Shown here in pieces: positions 28,729-38,124 of a stretch of DNA of 64,000 nucleotides. Position numbers and translations under genes: made by a program. How positions within the stretch are numbered: position 1 is the first letter of the stretch; each line of letters begins with the position of its first letter. The notes below the pieces were generated by a model, which was not told where the DNA came from, did not search any database, and was given only the letters and a program-made list of their open reading frames with translations. Source of the stretch: Nitrososphaerota archaeon (GTDB lineage Archaea; Thermoproteota; Nitrososphaeria; Nitrososphaerales; Nitrosopumilaceae); assembly GCA_028867755.1 (NCBI GenBank), contig JAGWFT010000001.1:644727-708726 (forward strand), given 5' to 3'.

Positions 28729-29586
28729 ATGGCGTCTCTGGAGGCACTAGCTAAATCATATAGGGTAAAGAGGGCTGAGGTCGTAAAATTACGAAGAAAA
28801 AGCGAGAATAATCTAAAGGAGGCACTTTCAAAGAAAAGAAGTTCGTCATCAGGACTTGCGTCTTTATCTAAGAAAAAAGAATCCCTAGGTAGACAAATTG
28901 AGCATGTAGCGCAATCACTGAATCAATATCTGGCACAAAAAGAGAGCATAGCTAGGCTCAAGATTGCAGCTGAGGAACGATTAAGACATGAACAGGACTC
29001 GCAAGATAACGTTAGACAGGAAAGCGAATATGGAGGCACAGAAGAAAAGGTATCTTCACAAGAGAGATTGAAGTTCATTGGTGAAAAAATAAATGAATTA
29101 CATGCAGAAATAAAAGAACGCGAAGCGGCAGAACACAGGCTTGTCAAACAGATTGGAGATTTACAAAAAGAAAAAGCAAAACTTGAATTACAATTAAGAA
29201 AACAAACTCATACTAAACCAGGACTAGTTGAACAACTAAAGTCAAGTGAGAAAGCAGAATCAGTGCTAAGGCCACGAGTGCAGTCTTTGATTAAAAGAGA
29301 GACTCAGGCAGCCAAGATATTGAAGTCCATGGAGAAGAAATTGAAAGAGGCTATAGCTAAAAGAAGAAAAGCTGCACGAAAGGCCAAGAGAAAAGCTAAG
29401 AAAGTAAGAGTCAAGAAAAGAAAGGTCATCAAAAGAAAAGCAAAAACAAGGACAAAGAAGGCCTTAAAGAAGAAAGCAAGAAGAGCAAAGACCAGGACTA
29501 AAACATCAAAAAGGAAAGCAACAAGGAAAAAAATGGCAAAAAGAAAGACGACAAAGAGAAAATCCTCAAAATCAAAACGAAAGTAA
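28729..29586 (+). CDS. Long coiled-coil protein with Lys/Arg-rich histone-H1-like tail
   Basis: Heptad-rich body; last about 75 aa dominated by K/R/A/T/S. Confidence 0.82.
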   Translation: MASLEALAKSYRVKRAEVVKLRRKSENNLKEALSKKRSSSSGLASLSKKKESLGRQIEHVAQSLNQYLAQKESIARLKIAAEERLRHEQDSQDNVRQESEYGGTEEKVSSQERLKFIGEKINELHAEIKEREAAEHRLVKQIGDLQKEKAKLELQLRKQTHTKPGLVEQLKSSEKAESVLRPRVQSLIKRETQAAKILKSMEKKLKEAIAKRRKAARKAKRKAKKVRVKKRKVIKRKAKTRTKKALKKKARRAKTRTKTSKRKATRKKMAKRKTTKRKSSKSKRK

Positions 29587-29632
29587 TAATCCTACGCTTC
29601 ATTAATATTGAATAACTTTTTTTCCGTAAATT

Positions 29633-30409
29633 GTGTCACTTCCTAATAGAATTACAGTAGAAGTAACTGATCTGCCAAAACTCAATAATCCTTCTCTAAT
29701 TTGTGGTTTGCCAGGAAGTGGATATGTTGGAAAACTTGCTGTTGATCACCTAGTTGAAGAATTAAAAGGAATATCTTTTGCAAATATTTTTTCATCATCA
29801 TTTCCGCCGCAAGTATTGATTCAATCAGATGGTACTGCAGATCTTATGAAAAACACATTGTATTACTGTAAGGGAAAATCATGTGATCTGGTTCTTCTTA
29901 GTGGAGATGCACAACCTGTTAGTCCAGAAAGTGAATATGAGATGGCAAATGAGATAACTAATCTTTGTGAAAAACTTGGCGTAAAGACAATCTATACACT
30001 TGCTGCCTACATTACAGGAGCATTTACAAAAACTCAACGGGTTTATGGTACAAGCACTTCATCTGAAATTGTAAAAGAATTTCCAAAATATGGAATTCAT
30101 TCAATGAACAGCGGAAGCATTACGGGAATGAATGGGTTGATAATTGGAGTTGGAAAGAGAAAGAACATAACTGGTGTTTGTTTGCTTGGGGAAACTTCAG
30201 GCTATGTGGTTGATGCAAAAGCGTCAAAAGCTGTGCTTGAGACTCTTGCTAAGATACTTGATCTCAAACTAGATCTAGTTGGTATTTCAAAAAAGGCGCA
30301 AGATACGGAACAACTTGTTAAAACAATTGAGGAACAAATGGGTAGCAGACACTCTCCAGGGTCCCTACCAATGACACAGCATGACAAAAAACTAGGATAT
30401 ATTAGTTAA
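29633..30409 (+). CDS. PAC2 family proteasome assembly chaperone
   Basis: GLPGSGYVGKLAVDHL, GSITGMNGLI, CLLGETSGYVVDAKAS. Confidence 0.92.
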   Translation: MSLPNRITVEVTDLPKLNNPSLICGLPGSGYVGKLAVDHLVEELKGISFANIFSSSFPPQVLIQSDGTADLMKNTLYYCKGKSCDLVLLSGDAQPVSPESEYEMANEITNLCEKLGVKTIYTLAAYITGAFTKTQRVYGTSTSSEIVKEFPKYGIHSMNSGSITGMNGLIIGVGKRKNITGVCLLGETSGYVVDAKASKAVLETLAKILDLKLDLVGISKKAQDTEQLVKTIEEQMGSRHSPGSLPMTQHDKKLGYIS

Positions 30410-30410
30410 A

Positions 30411-31016
30411 ATGAAAAAACGCGGACCGATTGTGATGATTGCAGGTGCGGCATTGATAGTCATTGCTTTTGCAACATCTTATTCTGTCATGGAAAGGATG
30501 GGTGCAGGCCTTGGGAAAAATGGATTTTTTCCATCCCCAGAAAACATGTTCGACGAGGTGTCAGAAAAAGAAACAATTGATTCTGGAATGGCCTACACAT
30601 TTTCTCATACTGTATCATCATCTCAGGTGCCACTAATGTGGGGTCTATACATGACAGATTACAACCAGGATGATAAAGTCACAATTAATGTTACCGACAT
30701 TTTTGGTGACAAGTTAGGATCTTTTGAAGAAGGAGAACCTATATTCATAAAATCATTCATGATTCCAAAGGTAGACACGTACAGCTTTAACGTAGAAAAC
30801 ACTGGAAATTCATCGGTAACAGCAGAGATGATGTTCTCAGAGAATCCGGAAAAGTCAAAGGCATTAACTGACCCAAACTCGTCATTTAATCAAAACATTG
30901 TGCCTCTTGCGGCTGCAGGTTTTATGTTGATAATTGGTATAATTGCAGTCATATCTGGAATAATACTCAGCGTAATAGACTGGAAAAAGAACAGGAATCA
31001 GTCTAGATATATCTAG
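30411..31016 (+). CDS. Membrane protein (N- and C-terminal TM helices)
   Basis: Hydrophobic termini flanking a soluble beta-rich domain. Confidence 0.78.
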   Translation: MKKRGPIVMIAGAALIVIAFATSYSVMERMGAGLGKNGFFPSPENMFDEVSEKETIDSGMAYTFSHTVSSSQVPLMWGLYMTDYNQDDKVTINVTDIFGDKLGSFEEGEPIFIKSFMIPKVDTYSFNVENTGNSSVTAEMMFSENPEKSKALTDPNSSFNQNIVPLAAAGFMLIIGIIAVISGIILSVIDWKKNRNQSRYI

Positions 31017-31312
31017 AATTCTAGTACTTCGAGTTTACCGTACTTGCCTACATTAAGAGAATTTTCTCCTCTAAATGTGGATATGTATCCATTTTCAATT
31101 CTGATCTTTGAGCCCTGTTTTACCATCTTGATCTGTGCATCCCATAAGGTAAGCTTGATCTCTCCGGTATCATCTTTTAGCATTGCATCAGCAACTTGGG
31201 CCTGTCCACCAGTCTTAAGGTTGACAGTTCTTGGTTCGCTTATGCTGCCTATGACTCCCTCAACAGGTTCTAACCTGTTTTGTGGTTTATTGAGTTGGCC
31301 TATGTTTGGCAT
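31013..31312 (-). CDS. ssb: Single-OB-fold single-stranded DNA-binding protein
   Basis: VADAMLKDDTGEIKLTLWD...IENGYISTFRGENSLNVGKYG. Confidence 0.9.
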   Translation of the reverse strand: MPNIGQLNKPQNRLEPVEGVIGSISEPRTVNLKTGGQAQVADAMLKDDTGEIKLTLWDAQIKMVKQGSKIRIENGYISTFRGENSLNVGKYGKLEVLEF

Positions 31313-31382
31313 TTAGTAATTTTTTTCACGTTCAAATAATAAGTGTTTTGATATAAACTTCTGTTAAGATATCGGGATTTGT

Positions 31383-31874
31383 CTAGATTTTCTTATTCGT
31401 GTTAAGATTTGGGGTTTGTAAATTATCGTATTCACCTTTCAAGACTGCATAAACTCTAGGCATTATCATGTAGTATATTTGATAAGTTTCCATTCCTTCA
31501 AATTTACAAGCATTGTCATTATAGTAATTCATTCGATGAACTTTTCCTTTAAAATCTTCTTGAAATTCATCTGTTTCCATATCTATTCTATGAGCGAACT
31601 GATTTCTGACTTCATTAACTATCGAAAGTTCATGCATTATTCCATCGGATAAAACTTGTAATGATTCGATTAGTTCGAGTTTTGAAGCAAATCCCAATCT
31701 TCTAATAACTTTGTCTGGTTTTGAAATCGTCCTTCTCAAAATCGAATCCATTAGATATTCGATATAGAGATGTGTGATTATTGCGGTTGCCCGAGGCTCT
31801 CCACCTACTCTATTTAATTCTCCTATCATTTCGTTAAAGGTTTTTGCATCTGGTGGATTTGTTGGTAGTACCAA
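31383..31874 (-). CDS. HEPN-superfamily (MtlR-like) protein
   Basis: FASKLELI...VNEVRNQFAH (R-x4-H); starts 1 bp after the transposase remnant stop. Confidence 0.7.
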   Translation of the reverse strand: MVLPTNPPDAKTFNEMIGELNRVGGEPRATAIITHLYIEYLMDSILRRTISKPDKVIRRLGFASKLELIESLQVLSDGIMHELSIVNEVRNQFAHRIDMETDEFQEDFKGKVHRMNYYNDNACKFEGMETYQIYYMIMPRVYAVLKGEYDNLQTPNLNTNKKI

Positions 31875-31875
31875 T

Positions 31876-32098
31876 CTAGTTATTCTTAGAAGCCAACTTT
31901 ATTAGATTTTCAATCTTATTCTGTCCTAAATCCAATTTGATTCCTGCTTCTTCTGCAGGAGTCTTACCAATAGAACCATGATTTCTTACAAAGTTGTAGT
32001 GTATTCGGTATGCATCGATTAGCTTCTGTGCTGAATCTTTGTGATCCATGCCTCTCATTACTACTCTGTCTCTAAAGACTCCGTTCTATCATGTTATC
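31876..32098 (-). mobile_element. 5'-truncated, frameshifted DDE transposase remnant (IS6-like)
   Basis: DNMIER/frameshift/VFRDRVVMRGMD...YRIHYNFVRNHGSIGKTPAEEAGI, the typical DDE C-terminal NxxER...YNxxRxH...TPA. Confidence 0.8.
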
Positions 32099-32787
32099 TT
32101 TTGAGGTTGATTATTAAGCAGATATTCCAAAGCATTTACAAACTCATAATCAGAGATTTTCCCATCTGATAACCAGCCAGCGTTACCCCGAAACCATGAA
32201 GGTATGTCTGACATGGAATCTGATGTATCGTTTGATTTTACAACTCCATCATCTATGAGATTCTGTACCCCATAAGCATAATCCCAATTCCTGATTTTCA
32301 CATCATGCCATAATTTTGAAGCATCTTTGAACCACATAGGGATTGTTTTTGATGGTACCACTTCGGTAGAAGACTGATTGGATAACTCTATAGTGGATTC
32401 ATAAGTTTCACTTTTGGTATAGCCAAATATCTTGCCTCCTAGAAATTTTGCATAGAAATGAAATTGCTGGCCATTGTCTTTTGGTACTGCCTTCCAAAAA
32501 GTCAGGAATTTACCGTCAGAATCAGTAGTAGTAAGTGCTAAAATGATATTGGGACGCGGATAGGTTGTGCTATCTTCAATAAATATAGTACGATTGGGTA
32601 GTGGTGTTGTTCCATCAGGTGTAGTTAAGGTGCCTGAAAATGTTACATTAGTGCCCTCTCTTATTCCTGAACCTATAGTATCTAGATGAATTATTGCAAA
32701 AGATGTAGCGTAACTACTAGGTACGCCAAACAATAAAATTCCAATTAAAAAGATTTCTTTCAATTCAATCAGTACTTTAATTTGCAC
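32089..32787 (-). CDS. Secreted protein with C-terminal IPxWFxxxAGW-type repeats
   Basis: Signal-like N-terminus; IPMWFKDASKLW and IPSWFRGNAGWL repeats related to 6942-8405. Confidence 0.8.
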   Translation of the reverse strand: MQIKVLIELKEIFLIGILLFGVPSSYATSFAIIHLDTIGSGIREGTNVTFSGTLTTPDGTTPLPNRTIFIEDSTTYPRPNIILALTTTDSDGKFLTFWKAVPKDNGQQFHFYAKFLGGKIFGYTKSETYESTIELSNQSSTEVVPSKTIPMWFKDASKLWHDVKIRNWDYAYGVQNLIDDGVVKSNDTSDSMSDIPSWFRGNAGWLSDGKISDYEFVNALEYLLNNQPQKIT

Positions 32788-32879
32788 TTTTTATATTATT
32801 TCATTATTTGCATTCATAGGTTTAGACAAATAGCATTACAAAATCAAATTAATTGCCTATGATAATTTTGTTTTGAAAA

Positions 32880-32999
32880 TTAGGAAGAATAGGCACTCCA
32901 CACTATGACTATCATTGTTATTACAAATGCACTAAAAATAGAGCCCATTACAATAGTTAGTACTTTTTTTCTGCTCATTTTGGATATTTTTTGGGGCAT
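32880..32999 (-). CDS. Small single-pass membrane peptide (39 aa)
   Basis: Manual translation MPQKISKMSRKKVLTIVMGSIFSAFVITMIVIVWSAYSS. Confidence 0.45.
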   Translation of the reverse strand: MPQKISKMSRKKVLTIVMGSIFSAFVITMIVIVWSAYSS

Positions 33000-33107
33000 T
33001 AGATTGCCATATTATTCATTCTGTTGTTAGGGGTAGTATGATATGCTCATTGCAATACACGAATACAGTGATCAGATTTTAAATAGCCATGAATAAATCA
33101 AAACGAC

Positions 33108-33779
33108 ATGAGTGAACAACCTAGAACATTCTTTAATTTCTCATTCTTTAAGGTTGATCCAAAATGGCGCTGGATGGCAGATCTTGCAAAAGACGAGTCT
33201 GCAAAAGAAGTAGAAATTATACTGAAAAATTCACAGATGTCTTATAGGTCATATTCCACTCTTGGACTTCGTGACGATGCAGAATTCTTGTTGTGGTTTG
33301 TGTCAGAATCGGTTGAAAAAATACAGGATACGATATCAAAATTATACTTGACAGTTTTTGGGAAATATATCATTCCAACACATGTTTATCTTTCGTGTAC
33401 AAGACCATCAGTATATGCAAAAAATACTGCAACACACGGTTGGCTTGGTGGTGAAGAACAAAAAAAATATGTCATAGTATATCCATTTATCAAAACTAGA
33501 TCGTGGTATCTTCTTCCACTTGAAAAGAGAAAAGAGATGATGTCAGAACATATTGCAGTTGGACAAAAGTATCCGGAGGTAAATTTGAACACAACATACT
33601 CTTTTGGGATACATGATGAAGATTTCATGCTCGCATTTGAAACTGACAACCTAGACAAGTTTCAAGATTTGATAATGGATTTGAGGGAGACTCGTGTCAG
33701 TGAATATGTGCAAGTTGATACCCCAATGATTGTTTGTGTGAAAAAAGACCTCATACCTCTGATACGGAGCCTAGGATAA
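33108..33779 (+). CDS. Chlorite dismutase/coproheme decarboxylase (ChdC/HemQ-like) family protein
   Basis: YPFIKTRSWYLLP...EHIAVG...NTTYSFG...FMLAFETD. Confidence 0.88.
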   Translation: MSEQPRTFFNFSFFKVDPKWRWMADLAKDESAKEVEIILKNSQMSYRSYSTLGLRDDAEFLLWFVSESVEKIQDTISKLYLTVFGKYIIPTHVYLSCTRPSVYAKNTATHGWLGGEEQKKYVIVYPFIKTRSWYLLPLEKRKEMMSEHIAVGQKYPEVNLNTTYSFGIHDEDFMLAFETDNLDKFQDLIMDLRETRVSEYVQVDTPMIVCVKKDLIPLIRSLG

Positions 33780-34324
33780 TGAAGGCCCTAAAGGAATGGG
33801 CAACTGTAGTAAAAGCACTTGAGAATGGAAATCAAACTGTTTTATTAAGAAAGGGAGGAATCCTTGAGACTGCATCTGGATTTAACGTAGAAGCAGCAAA
33901 TTTTGCACTATTTCCCACATATGAGCATCAAGACAATGCATCACTAAAATCACAATATTATGGATATTTGTCGGATGCACGAGAGGGAAAACCAAAGGAC
34001 GGATACAATAGAATCACTTCTATTGCACAAGTGGTCGAAGAACATGACATATCATCAATTGAAAAAATCGAACAACTATCACCATTTCACATCTGGAGTG
34101 ATTCTTATATTGTGGAAAGAATGAATTGGATGCCGTCAAAGCCTATGAAGGTAGTATTTCTTAAGGTTTTCAAGATTGCCTCAACTGAGATACCTGTCTT
34201 GCCAGATTACCACGGATGCAAATCTTGGATAGAATTAAATGTAAATCCAGAAGTTGGAACATCTGTTTTGAGTGATATAGAACTACAACAACAATTGGAA
34301 GAATTTAGGAGAATTGTAAATTGA
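33779..34324 (+). CDS. DUF1802 family protein
   Basis: MKALKEWATVVKALENGNQTVLLRKGGI, LFPTYEHQ, YHGCKSWI; ATG overlaps the upstream TAA. Confidence 0.88.
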   Translation: MKALKEWATVVKALENGNQTVLLRKGGILETASGFNVEAANFALFPTYEHQDNASLKSQYYGYLSDAREGKPKDGYNRITSIAQVVEEHDISSIEKIEQLSPFHIWSDSYIVERMNWMPSKPMKVVFLKVFKIASTEIPVLPDYHGCKSWIELNVNPEVGTSVLSDIELQQQLEEFRRIVN

Positions 34325-35319
34325 AATATAGAGTACTTGGTAAAAGTGGAATCAAGGTATCAGAAATAGGATTTGGAGCATGGACTCTGGGCCTTGACTG
34401 GTGGGGAAAGAAAATTGAAGATGATGAGGCTAAGAAGTTGTTAAAACATGCATATGATTTAGGAATTAATTATTTTGAGACAGGTGATATCTATGGACGA
34501 GGAAAAAGTGAGCAATTGATTGGAGAAGTTTTCTCAGGAATGAGAAATGAGGTTGTAATATCTACCAAATATGGATATGACATTTACAGCAACGAGCAGA
34601 TAGGACACAAAGAACTACCTCAGAAATTTACTCCTGAATTTACTGAATTTGCTTTACAGAAGAGTTTGGAGAGACTGAAAACTGATTATCTTGATGTTTA
34701 TGGTCTGCACAATCCTAAGATACATACAATTCGAGACAAGAAAATATTTGATTATCTGGATAATAAAGTGAAAGAGGGAACTGTTAAAAGCTACCAAATT
34801 GCATTGGGGCCAGCTATTGGATGGACTAAGGAGGGACTTGAGGCAATGGATCTTACAAATACGACTGCAGTTCAGACAGTCTATAATATCTTGGAACAAA
34901 ATCCAGGTAACATTCTCGTAGAGCAAGGAGAAAAGCATGATGTTGGAATCCTAGTTAGAGTCCCTGATGCATCTGGAATATTGACCGGAAAGGTGACTAT
35001 GGACACAAAGATTAGTGAAAAAGATCATCGTTCTGTGAGAAGTGGTGACTGGGTAAAACAATCGCTTGAAAAGGTAGACCAGCTTATGCCAATCGCAAAA
35101 CGATATGGATGGAACATAACCGAACTTGCAATCAAGTTTATTTTGTCACACAGCGGTGTATCGTCAGTACTTCCTACTGTTGTAAGTGAAGAAGAGGTCA
35201 CAATGTTTTCGCAGATGTCTGATGGAAAATATCTTAATCCCTCTGACAAAAAAGAGATAACGGAACTCTTCAACCAATGGCCTCCGTACGAACTAAAATC
35301 GTCTGCACAGACTGCATAA
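34321..35319 (+). CDS. Aldo/keto reductase
   Basis: GKSGIKVSEIGFGAW, FETGDIYG, ISTKYG, SLERLKTDYLDVYGLH. Confidence 0.93.
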   Translation: MKYRVLGKSGIKVSEIGFGAWTLGLDWWGKKIEDDEAKKLLKHAYDLGINYFETGDIYGRGKSEQLIGEVFSGMRNEVVISTKYGYDIYSNEQIGHKELPQKFTPEFTEFALQKSLERLKTDYLDVYGLHNPKIHTIRDKKIFDYLDNKVKEGTVKSYQIALGPAIGWTKEGLEAMDLTNTTAVQTVYNILEQNPGNILVEQGEKHDVGILVRVPDASGILTGKVTMDTKISEKDHRSVRSGDWVKQSLEKVDQLMPIAKRYGWNITELAIKFILSHSGVSSVLPTVVSEEEVTMFSQMSDGKYLNPSDKKEITELFNQWPPYELKSSAQTA

Positions 35320-35398
35320 GGAGTTAAACTTTCTTTGAATAATATCTTCCTGAGCATTTTTAACAAAGCGCCGCCCTACAAAAGGAGATAGGCAGAAG

Positions 35399-35929
35399 AT
35401 GGTTTTGGCCACTAAAAAGACTTCAACTATGACATTCAGAATTGATGAGGATGTACTAAATAAATTGCGAACAGAATCTGAACATAGAGAGACAAGTCTT
35501 AACACATTTGTCAACCAGATCTTTAAGAGATACGTTGAGTGGGATATGTTTGAATCAAAGGTTGGAATGATTCCAATTGCCAAGCCGATAATAATAGAAC
35601 TCTTTGGAAAGATGTCAAAAGAAGAGATAATCGACATGGCTAATCGTATAGGAAAAAATGTTGTCAGAGACATTGCATTGTTTATGAAGGGAGACATCAA
35701 CCTGAACTCCTTTCTGTCATGGTTTGAGATAAGGATGAAAGCATCATCAATAGAGCTAAGCCATAACATAAAAAATGGATATCATACTTTCATTGTAAAA
35801 CATGATCTTGGCGATAACTGGTCCTTATATCACAAAACTGTTCTTGATCTAATATTTGTCGAGGTTCTTGACAAAAAAGTTCAATTTGATTATAATGCTG
35901 GCATGATCTCATTCAAGTTCAGCGACTAG
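35399..35929 (+). CDS. Ribbon-helix-helix domain protein
   Basis: TMTFRIDEDVLNKLRTES...SLNTFVNQIF. Confidence 0.8.
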   Translation: MVLATKKTSTMTFRIDEDVLNKLRTESEHRETSLNTFVNQIFKRYVEWDMFESKVGMIPIAKPIIIELFGKMSKEEIIDMANRIGKNVVRDIALFMKGDINLNSFLSWFEIRMKASSIELSHNIKNGYHTFIVKHDLGDNWSLYHKTVLDLIFVEVLDKKVQFDYNAGMISFKFSD

Positions 35930-36001
35930 ATATTTGCAACTGTTTGCACATAAACACATTCTAATCTACCTCATTATATCGACCAGAACAAAATAGAGAT
36001 T

Positions 36002-36325
36002 GTGCAGATACTTCTTTTGGGTAGAGATGTAGACCAAGAAAGCACACGAACTGTCATACTAAAAATAATATCAAACGAACAGGCCATGCGTATACTTGAA
36101 CACAGTATGGATTCTCCGAAATCGGCATATGCGATAAGTATGGCATGTGAAATTCCTCTCACACAGGTATATCGATGGGTAAGAAAGCTACACAAGATGG
36201 GATTTGTTCGCATTTCAGGAGCAACAAACGGTGCAGGTAAAAAGTACTTTATGTACCAAAGCAAAGTGAAGACAATAAAGATTGTACTAAGTGCTACCTC
36301 CAGTCCATTAATAGAAATATCATAA
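36002..36325 (+). CDS. ArsR-like winged-helix protein
   Basis: ILEHSMDSPKSAYAISMACEIPLTQVYRWVRKLHKMGFV. Confidence 0.8.
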   Translation: MQILLLGRDVDQESTRTVILKIISNEQAMRILEHSMDSPKSAYAISMACEIPLTQVYRWVRKLHKMGFVRISGATNGAGKKYFMYQSKVKTIKIVLSATSSPLIEIS

Positions 36326-36358
36326 CACCTCTTTTTCTATTTTTATTCTTGTATGAAA

Positions 36359-37381
36359 CTATACGGTAATTGTTTCTTCTATCTTAAACTCGTGTTCGAC
36401 AAAGTATTCAACTCGAGTTTTTTTGAATTCGCGAGAACTAAATAGTATCTTATAGTCGTGCACATCTATCTGATTTTGAATCTCCCGTGCAATTTTTTGT
36501 GCATCATCATTTGATTTGCAATGAACCATTGAGAATACATTGTAAGGCCAATCTGGATAAACGGGTCTCTGATAGCAATGACTTACTTGGGGGAATGCGC
36601 CCAACTTTTCACCTACTTGCTCTATTCTCTCTTCAGGTACTTTCCATACTATCATGCCATTTGCTACAAACCCGGCCTCTCTGTGCCTTAGTATGGCTGC
36701 ATATCTGCGCATCACACCAATCTCTTCGTAATATTTGGCCTTTTCAAGCAATTGCTCCTCTGTTATTCCAAGACTCTGTGCAGGTTTCAAAAATGGCCTC
36801 TCTGTTATTTCAAGATCTTTTTGTAATTCACGGATGTATTTCTTGTCGTCTTCTGTTGCAACAAATTTTACATCCCGAATTACCTTCTTCTCTTCGGTTG
36901 GCTTGACTTCTGCTTCTTTTCCTTCTACCATCTCAAGCTTTACGCCAATCTTGAAGAGCTTAATCGTTGGAAGCATTCTAACTTTATTGATGCCTTGTAA
37001 CTTTGAAAATTTGTCAATCTCTGACTTTAGATCAGAACCAGGTGGAACAGCTAGAGTAAACCATAGGTTATACTCATGGTTTCTTTCATAATTGTGACTA
37101 ACCCCTGGATGTCTGTTTACTTGACTTGCAACATGATCAAGTTTGTCTGCATCAATTGCCATGGCAACTAATGCACTCTTGTAACCCAGCTTTCGTGTGT
37201 CAAAGATTGCACTAAGCTGTCTAACTACTCCAGATTCCTTGAGTGTACGTAGTCTCTGCATCATTGTTTCATCCGAAAGCTGAAACTTCTTTGCAACTTG
37301 GGAATATGGCCTTGGAACAAGAGGAAACGTCCACTGAATCTCATTTAGGATCTCTTTGTCCAGATTATCCATGTATATCAA
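36359..37381 (-). CDS. ahbAB: Siroheme decarboxylase, fused AhbA/AhbB (Lrp-like fold)
   Basis: FPLVPRPY, VSHNYERNHEYNLWFTL, GFVANGMIVW, VSHCYQRP...WPYNVFSMVH. Confidence 0.88.
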   Translation of the reverse strand: MIYMDNLDKEILNEIQWTFPLVPRPYSQVAKKFQLSDETMMQRLRTLKESGVVRQLSAIFDTRKLGYKSALVAMAIDADKLDHVASQVNRHPGVSHNYERNHEYNLWFTLAVPPGSDLKSEIDKFSKLQGINKVRMLPTIKLFKIGVKLEMVEGKEAEVKPTEEKKVIRDVKFVATEDDKKYIRELQKDLEITERPFLKPAQSLGITEEQLLEKAKYYEEIGVMRRYAAILRHREAGFVANGMIVWKVPEERIEQVGEKLGAFPQVSHCYQRPVYPDWPYNVFSMVHCKSNDDAQKIAREIQNQIDVHDYKILFSSREFKKTRVEYFVEHEFKIEETITV

Positions 37382-37423
37382 AAACCAGCCTTGCTTACAA
37401 TTAAAAATGTTACCTAAATTTCC

Positions 37424-38116
37424 ATGGAATCTATAAATATCTTACAAAGGCAGCGAGAATCATTGATAGTTGATCTAAACCTCAAGGGAAATTTGGTGAT
37501 TGTTGTAGGCGGGGGAAACGAAGGTCTCAAAAAGGTCAATGCATTGCTAACACAAGATTGCAAGATTCTTCTTATTAGTGATTCAACTAATAGGCAGATA
37601 GACAAGTATGTCAAACAAAAAAAGATTGAATTTAAAAAAATAAAACTCGTAAACGCTGATTTTATAAAAAAATATAAACCATTTGCAGTGCTTGCAACTA
37701 CTGATGACAGAGATCTAAACAGAGAGATAGTAGAACAAGCAAAAAAGATGCGATGTTATGCTTATGCAGCAGATGATCCCGAAGTCAGTGACTTTGCATT
37801 CGGTTCTGTCATAAATATACAAGATACTGTGCAGATAGCTGTATCAACTGGAGGACGAAGTCCTGCAATGGCACGAAGACTAAGGATGCAGGCAGAAAAG
37901 ATATTCAAGAAATTAATCAAAAAAGAGGATATTTATCAAATAAAACTACAGGATTTTGCCAGAAGGGCAGCAAAGACAAAACTTGCCACATTCCCTGAGC
38001 GCAAAAAGTTCCTCTATCAGGTTATGAATGATAATCGTATCAAACAATTAATAGCTGACGGAAATTTAAAAAAAGCACAGAAACAGGTAATCGAGATGTT
38101 AGGTGGTCTAAACTGA
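37424..38116 (+). CDS. sirC: Precorrin-2 dehydrogenase/sirohydrochlorin ferrochelatase (probable start TTG 37463)
   Basis: VIVVGGG, ATTDDRDLN, AADDPEVSDF, IAVSTGGRSPAMARRLR. Confidence 0.9.
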   Translation: MESINILQRQRESLIVDLNLKGNLVIVVGGGNEGLKKVNALLTQDCKILLISDSTNRQIDKYVKQKKIEFKKIKLVNADFIKKYKPFAVLATTDDRDLNREIVEQAKKMRCYAYAADDPEVSDFAFGSVINIQDTVQIAVSTGGRSPAMARRLRMQAEKIFKKLIKKEDIYQIKLQDFARRAAKTKLATFPERKKFLYQVMNDNRIKQLIADGNLKKAQKQVIEMLGGLN

Positions 38117-38124
38117 CAAGCAAT

